Below, one piece after another: positions 55,806-64,000 of a DNA stretch of 64,000 nucleotides. The notes under the pieces were generated by a model. It saw only the letters and a program-made list of their open reading frames with translations, searched no databases and was not told the origin of the DNA. The position numbers were made by a program, and so were the translations under genes. The DNA is from the human T2T-CHM13v2.0 reference genome, Homo sapiens. The DNA is taken from NCBI RefSeq assembly GCF_009914755.1, contig NC_060927.1. The stretch is one strand, 5' to 3'. Position 1 is the stretch's first letter. Every line of letters starts with the position of its first letter.

Positions 55806-56924
55806 TGTTTCCTGACTTTTTAAGGATCGCCATTCTAACTGGCATGAGATTGTATCTCATTGGGGTTTTGATTTGCATTTCTCTAATGACCAGTGTTGAT
55901 GAGCTTTTTTTCATGTTTTTTGGCCGCATAAATGTCTTCTTTTGAGAAGTGTCTATTCATATACTTCGCCAACTTTTAGATGAGGTTGTTTGTTGTTTTC
56001 TTGTAAATTTGCTTACGTTCCTTGTAGATTTTGGATATTAGCCCTTTGTCAGATGGATAGATTGCAAAAATATCCTCCCATTCTGTAGGTTGCCTGTTCA
56101 CTCTCATGATAGTTTCTTTTGCTGTACAGAAGATCTTTACTTTAATTAGATCCCATTTGTTAATTTTGCCTTTTGTTGCCATTGCTTTTAGTATTTTAGT
56201 TATGAAGTGTTTGCCCATGCCTACATCCTGAATGATATTGCCTAGGTTTTCTTCTAGGGTTTTATGGTTTTAGGTCTTAAGTTTAAGTCTTTAATCCATC
56301 TTGTGCTAATTTTTATATAAGGTATAAGGAAGGGGTCCAGTTTCAGTTTTTTGCATATGGCTAACCAGTTTTCCCACCACCATTTATTAAATGGGGAATC
56401 CTTTCCCCATTGCTTGTTTTTGTCAGGTTCATCAAAGATCAGATGGTTGTAGATGGGTGGAGTTATTTCTGAGGACTCGGTTCTGTTCCATTGGTCTGTA
56501 TATCTGTTTTGATACCAGAAGCATGCTGTTTTCGTTACTATAGCCTTGCAGTATAGTTTGAAGTCAGGTAGCATGATGCCTCCAGCTTTGTTCTTTTTGC
56601 TTAGCATTGTCTTGGCTATACAGGCTCTTTTTTGCTTCCATATGAAATTTAAAGTAGCTTTTTCTAATTCTGTGAAGAAAGTCAATGGTAGCTTGAGGGG
56701 GATAGCATTGAATCTATAAAGTATTTTGAGCAGTGTGGCCATTTTCGTGATATTGATTCTTCCTATCCATTAGCATGGAATGCTTTTCCATTTGTTTGTA
56801 TTCTCTCTTATTTCCTTGAGCAGTGGTTTGTAGTTCTCCTTGAAGAGGTCCTTCATGTCCCTTGTAAATTGTATTCCTAGGTATTTTATTCTCTTTGTAG
56901 CAATTGTGAATGTAAGTTCACTCA

Positions 56925-57197
<273 letters not shown>

Positions 57198-60100
57198 TCA
57201 TCCTTATCTTGTGCCTGTTTTCAAAGGGAATGCTTCCAGCTTTTGCCCATTGAGTATGATATTGGCTGTGGGTTTCTCATAAATAGCTCTTATTATTTTG
57301 AAATATGTTTCAATACCTAGTTTATTGAGAGTTTTTAGCATGAAGGGGTGTTGAATTTTATCAAAGGCCTTTTCTACATCTATTGAGATAATCATGAGGT
57401 TTTTGTCATTAGTTAGTTCTATTTATGTGATGGATTACGTTTATTGATTTGCATACATTGAATCAACCTTGCATCCCAGGTATGAAGCCAACTTGATCGT
57501 GGTGGATAAGTTTTTTGATGTGCTGTTGTGTTCGGTTTGCCAGTATTTTATTGAGGATTTTTGCATTGATGTTCATCAGGGATATTGGCCTGAAATTTTG
57601 TTGTTGTTGTGTCTCTGCCAGGTTTTGGTATCAGGATGACCCTGGCCTCATAAAAAGAGTTAGGGAGGAGTCTCTCTTTTTCTATTGTTTGGAATAGTTT
57701 CAGAAGGAATGGTACCAACTCCTCTTTGTACCTCTGGTAGAATTCGGCTGTAAATCCATGTGGTCCTGGGCTTTTTTGGGTTGGTAGGCTATTAATTACT
57801 GCCTCAATTTTAGAACTTATTTGTTCAGGGATTTGAGTTTTTCCTGGGTTAGTCTTGGGAGGGTATATGTGGTTAGGAATTTATCCATTTCTTCTAGATT
57901 TTCTAATTTATTTGCATAGAGGTGCTTATAGTATTCTCTGATGGTAGTTTGTATTTCTGTGGGATCAGTGATGATATCCCCTTTATCACTTTTTATTGTG
58001 TCTATTTGATTCATCTCATTTTTCTTATTTATTAGGCTGGCTAGTTGTCTATGTATTTTGTTAATCTTTTCAAAAACCCGCACCTGGATTCATTGATTTT
58101 TTTTGAAGGGTTTTTCATGTCTCTATCTCCTTCAGTTGCACTGTGATCTTAGTTATTTCTTGTCTTCTGCTAGCTTTTGAATATGTTTGCTCTTGCTTCT
58201 CTAGTTCTTTTAACTGTGATGTTAGGGTGTCAATTTTAGATCTTTCTTGCTTTCTCCTGTGGGCATTTAGTGCTATAAATTTCTCTCTAAACACTGATTT
58301 AGCTGTGTCCCAGAGATTCTGGTACATTGTGTCTTTGTTCTCATTGGTTTCAAGGAAATTATTTATTTCTGCCTTAATTTCATTATTTACCCAGTTGTCA
58401 TTCAGGAGAAGGTTGATCAGTTTCCATGTTGTTTTGTGGTTTTGAGTGAGTTTCTCAATCCTGAGTTCTAATTTGATTGCACTGTGGTCTGAAAGACTGT
58501 TATGATTTTTGTTCTTTTGCATTTGCTGGGGAATGTTTTACTTCCAATTATGTCATCAATTTTAGAATAAGTTCATTGTGGCACTGAGAAGAATGTATAT
58601 TCTGTTGATTTGTGGTGCAGAGTTCTGTAGATGTCTATTAGGTCCACTTGGTCCAGAGCTGAGTTCAAGTCCTGAATAGCCTTGTTAATTTTTTGTCTCA
58701 TTGACCTGTCTAATATTGACAGTGGGGAGTTAAAGTCTCCCACTATTATTGTGTGGGAGTCTAAGTTTTTTTTTGTTGGTCTCTAAGAACTTACTTTATG
58801 AATCTGGGTGCTCCTGTATTGGTTGCATATATATTTAGGATAGTTACCTCTTCTTCTTGCATTGATCCCTTTACCATTATGTAATGCCCTTGTTTGTCTT
58901 TTTTGATCTTTGTTTAAGACTGTTTTATCAGAGATTAGGATTGCAACCCCTGCTTTTTTTTTTCTTTCCATTTGCTTGGTAAACAGTTCTCCATCCTTTT
59001 ATTGTTAGCCTATGTGTGTCTTTGCACATAAGATGGGTCTCCGTAATACAGCACACTGATGGGTCTTGACTCTTTATCCAATTTGCCAGTCTGCGTCTTT
59101 TAACTGGGGCATTTAGCCCACTTACATTTAAGGTTAATATTGTTATGTGTAAATTTGATCCTGTCATTATGACACTAGCTGGTTATTTTGCCCATTAGTT
59201 GTTGCAGTTTCTTCATAGTGTCTATGGTCTTTACAATATGGTATGTTTTTGCAATGGCTAGTACCAGTTTTTTGTTTCCAAATTTAGTACTTTCATCAGG
59301 AGCTCTTGTAAGGCAGGCCTTGTGGTGGCAAAATCTCTCAGCATTTGCTTGTCTGTAAAGGATTTTATTTCCCCTTCACTTATGAAGCTTAGTTTGGCTG
59401 GATATGAAATTCTGGTTTGAAAATTCTTTTCTTTAATAGTGTTGAATATTGGCCCCAACTTTTTTATGGCTTGTAGGGTTTCTGCAGAGAGAACTGGTTT
59501 AGTCTGATGGGCTTCCCTTTGTAGGTAACCCGACCTTTCTCTCTGGCTGCCCTTAACATTTTTTCCTTCATCTCAACTTTAGTGAATCTGACGATTATGT
59601 GTCTTGAGGTTGCTCTTCTCTAGGAGTATCTTTATGATATTCTCTTTATTTTCTGAATTTGAATGTTGGCTTGTCTTGCTAGGTTGGGGAAGTTCTCCTG
59701 GATAATATCCTGAAGAGTGTTTTCCAACTCTGTTCCATTCTCCCTGTCACTTTCAAGTACACCAATCAAACATAGGTTTGGTCTTTTCACATAGTTACAT
59801 ATTTCTTGGAGGCTTTGTTCATTCCTTTTCATTCTTTTTTCTCTAATGTTTTCTTCATGCTTTATTTCATTAAGTTGATATTCAATCTCTGATATCCTTT
59901 CTTTCACTTATCAATTTGGCTATTGATACTTGTGTATGCTTCATGTGCTATGTTTTTCAGCTCCAAGGTCATTTATCTTCTTCTCTAAACTGGTTATTCT
60001 AGTTAGTAGTTCCTCTAACCTTTTTTCAAGGTTCTTAGCTTCCTTGCATTGGGTTAGAACATGCTCCTTTAGCTCAGAGGATTTTGTTATTACCCACCTC

Positions 60101-61549
60101 TGAAGCCTACATCTTTCAATTCATCAAACTCATTCTCCATCCAGTTTTGTTCCCTTGCTGGTGAGGAGTTGTGATCCTTTGGAGGAGAGGCTTTCTGGTT
60201 TTTGGAAGTTTCAGCCTTTTTATACTTTTTTGTCTCATCTTCATGGATTTATTTACCTTTGGTCTTGGTGACCTTCGGATGGGGTTTTTGTGTGGATGTC
60301 CTTTTTGTTGATGTTGATGCTATTCCTTTCTGTTTGTCAGTTTTCCTTCTAACAGTCAGGCCCCTCTGCTGCAGTTTTGCTAGAGTTTGCTGAAGGTTCA
60401 CTCCAGACCCTCTTTGCCTGGTTATCACCACTGGAGTCTGCAGAACAGGAAAGATTGCTGCCTGTTCCTTCCTCTGGAAGCTTCGTCTTAGAGGGACACC
60501 CACCAGATGCCAGCTGGAGCTCTCCTGTATGTGGTGTCTGTCGATCACTGCTGGGATGTGTCTCCCAATCAGGAGGCATGGGTGTCAAGGGCCCACTTGA
60601 AGAGGCTGTCTGTCCCTTAGCAGAGCTCGAGCACTGTGCTGGGAGATCTGCTGCTCTCTTCAGAGTCAGCAGGCAGGAATGTTTAAGTCGGCTTAAGCTG
60701 CGCCCACAGCCACCCCTCCGCCAGGTGCTCTGTCCAAGGGAGATGGGAGTTTTATCTATAAGCCCTGACTGGGGCTGCTGCCTGTCTTTCAGAGATGCCC
60801 TGCCCAGAGAGGAGGAATCTAGGGAAGCCCTCTGGCTACAGCCTCTTTGTGGAGCTGTGGTGGGCTCTGTCCAGGTCGAACTTCCTGGTGGCTTTGTTTA
60901 TACTGTCAGGGCAATACCACCTACTCAAGCCTCAGTAATGGTGACGCCCCTCCCCCAACCAAGCTGGCACTTCCCAGATCGACCTCAGACTGCCGTGCTG
61001 GCAGCGAGAATTTCAAACCAGTGGATCTTAGCTTGCTATGCTCTGTGGGGTTGGGATCCACTGAGCTAGACCACTTGGCTCCCTGGCTTCAGCCCCCTTT
61101 CCTGGGAAGTGAATGGTTCTGTCTTGCTGGCATTCCAGGTGCCAGCGAGGTATGAAAAGAAACTCCTTCAGCTAGCTCGGTGTCTGCCCAAATGGCTTCC
61201 CAGTTTTGCATTTTAAACCCAGGGCCCTGATGACGTAGGCACTGGAGGGAATCTCCTTGTCTGCGGGTTGCGAAGACCATGGGAAAAGCGTGGTATATGG
61301 GCCAGAATGCACTGTTCCTCACAGCACAGTCCCTCATGGCTTCCCTTGGCTAGGGGAGGAAGTTCTTCAACCCCTTGCACTTCCCGGGTGAGGTGATGCC
61401 CCACCCTGCTTCTGCTCACCCTCCGTGGTCTGCACCCACTGTCTAATCATTCCCAGTTCCATGAGCTGGGTACCTCCATTGGAAATGCAGAAATCACTTC
61501 CTTCTGTGTTGATGTCGCTGGGAGCTGCAGACCAGAGCTGTTCCTATTT

Positions 61550-61559
61550 GGCCATCTTG
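61550..61559 (-). promoter_or_regulatory. YY1 motif of the L1 internal promoter
   Basis: CAAGATGGCC on the minus strand at the L1 5' end, the canonical position. Confidence 0.7.
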
Positions 61560-61878
61560 CTAGCCCAGATTCCGCTTCACTTTCATATATTTTTAAAAAT
61601 CTTTTCTCTTTCCTTCAGTTTTGAGCCATGAGGATTTCTTATAATCTTTATTGTGTTATCTACTAGTATCCAATCTTTGATTTTCTGTAGACTAAGAAAC
61701 TTGAAAGCCAAACTTGTAAAATGAGAGCAAATAGATCCATATAATGCCTGAGAGGTTCTTCCATGACAATGTATACATGCCTGGACTTTATGACGTCTAT
61801 TTTATTGCTTGGAGGTCTTTACAATTTGTATTTCTGTTGGATTCTCAACAGTATTCAGCTTAATTCAGTTAAAACAAC

Positions 61879-62380
61879 ATTTAGTAGTTACTACTATAGT
61901 TTAGTAGCTATTACTATATAATATATAGTATAATATATATACTATAGTATAATATACTATATAATATACTATATATAATATATATACACTACATACAGTA
62001 TATAATATAATATATAGTATAATATATAATATACTATATAGTATAATATAATATGTAGTATAATGTAATGTAATATATAGTAATAATATACTATACTATA
62101 TATAGTATGATATAGTATATATATTACTATATACTATACATAGTATAATATAGTATATATATTACTATATACTATACATAGTATAATATAGTATATATAT
62201 TACTATATACTATACATAGTATAATATAGTATATATATTACTATATACTATACATAGTATAATATAGTATATATATTACTATATACTACTAGCTTATATA
62301 TAATATACTATATATGCTAGTATAATATACTATATAATATATAGTATATAGTATTATTTAGTAGTTATTACTATATTACT
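61879..62380. repeat. AT-rich (TA)n-derived minisatellite with a 38-bp core unit
   Basis: tagtataatatagtatatatattactatatactataca, ~5 copies at 62103-62288. Confidence 0.9.
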
Positions 62381-62719
62381 AAACAAATGCGATTTGTTTG
62401 ATGTTCTGAAATAAGATTACTGCTTGCTTTTGAATTTGTTATATTCTAGCAGTAGAGGCAAGGACATAAACTAGTGATTTCCATACAACATGGAAGTTAC
62501 TTTTATAGAGATATGCTATGGGAGCACACAAAAAGAGCACCTAACCCAGCCTTGAAGGGAGTAGGGAGGAGAACCATGAAGAGAGAAATCAGGAAAATTC
62601 TTTGGCAAGGAGATGCCTGAGATGGGACTTTAAGGATGATCAGATGTTGCCAAGCAAAGGGAGGAAGAGATGAAAGTGAAGAGAACATATTTTTAGAAAT
62701 CAAAAACTCAAGTTAAGGC

Positions 62720-62870
62720 AGTGTAAAGTAATAATTAAAATCATTGGCTTTGAAGTAAGACAGTTGTGTGACCTTGCAAAGTTTAATTAACTCTCTTAAA
62801 GTTTAGTTTCCTTATCAACAATACCTGTCTCACTATGATATTCATGAGAATTAAATGAAATAATGGATAC
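62720..62870. mobile_element. MIR SINE
   Basis: tgtgtgaccttgcaaagtttaattaactctctt...gagaattaaatgaaataatg. Confidence 0.65.
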
Positions 62871-63679
62871 AGCCTGTAATGTCCTCAGTTTGATGAAGAC
62901 ACATAGTGGGTTTCTTAGTAGTTACTATTATTATTGACATCATTATTTCATGTAGTTAAAATTATTCAAGTATTCTTAATTTTTTGCTAGTCAATAATAC
63001 AACTATGTGTAAATTAATCTTCATATTTGTAATGTGAAACAATCATATTATTGATGATAATTACTGTCATCCCACCTACTTGTGTACATTAGTACATTGC
63101 TTCTGTTTTTTGTGATTACTACTTTATTACCTCTGGAGCTTAGCACACAAGGAGGTTAAGAAGCAGAGGGGCAGTGAGGTTAAGAATACTAAAATTTATT
63201 GCCACAGCAAAATGGGCCACAGTTAGGAAGTGGAATTATATAGCTATATCCCTGCTCCAACTATTACACGGCAGAAACTGTACAGTTATAAGTCAGGATG
63301 GCTGTCACAGAAACAGGAACCTTAGGAAGAGCTCTACCATATAAGCTGCAGCAGTAGGGTCTCTTACTGGACTGCATAGGTAGCACATGTAAGGGATGTG
63401 TTTTCTTCTCGGTTTTATGTCAGACCAGCCAATCGCAGACTTGCTTTACATTTCCAGAGATAAACAGCTATGTATATGGGAATCATTTATCCCCAATCAC
63501 CAATTTGCTTACTGACACTCCAACTAAGATGGCCTCTAGGCTTAATAATTTTATCCTCTTCAAGATAGGAATATTGATTTATATACTGACTACCACTAGA
63601 ATTATTAGGTGCTCTTAAGCTAAAGAAAATTATTTTCTGCTAATCTTTTAATCTGTTCCTATTACGGCAGCCTACTGAT

Positions 63680-63850
63680 AGGCTTTATGTATAATTAAGT
63701 TCTCCAAGCCTCAATATACCCATCTGTTAAATGGAGATAATAATAGTAGTTATCTCATTGGGATGTTATAAGGATTAAATAAAAGAATGCATGTAAAATT
63801 CTGCATGCGATGCCTAGAATATCATAAATACTCAATATATGTTAGCATTT
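63680..63850. mobile_element. MIR SINE
   Basis: gcctcaatatacccatctgttaaatggagataataatag...ggattaaat. Confidence 0.7.
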
Positions 63851-64000
63851 AATATTTATTATGTTACACAACTTGTTTAATCTTGTTGCCTTCATTGGAA
63901 CAAACTTTTAATGCTGTTTTCTGTATGTATTTTACAAATTATACATACAGTAAAATTAACTATTTTTCTTTTGGTGTACAGTTTCATGTTTTAAACACAT

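Overview
Hominoid (human-like) genomic DNA from inside the tomosyn-2 gene STXBP5L on the + strand. Only two coding exons are present (1366-1489 and 49849-49927). They splice in frame across a 48.4-kb GT-AG intron and encode part of the WD40/LLGL region. Almost everything else is transposon-derived: several degenerate primate L1PA elements (about half the window), older L1PB/L1M fragments, about a dozen Alus, a full-length SVA, MER61-like and MaLR solo LTRs, MER2/Tigger2 DNA transposons, MIR/L2 and simple repeats. Nearly all ORFs in the track are broken L1 ORF1/ORF2 pieces or Alu/SVA artefacts. I find no evidence of a new protein-coding system. The most unusual structures are: a nested retrotransposon stack at 27.6-37.9 kb (a host L1 hit by two 5'-inverted L1s, one carrying an SVA with a ~300-bp 3' transduction); a triplicated Alu-tail/L1 module at 24.4-25.3 kb; a foreign MIR-bearing island inside an L1 at 39.6 kb; and long inverted L1 repeats around the 79-nt exon. 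Subfamily calls come from remembered consensus features and are provisional.
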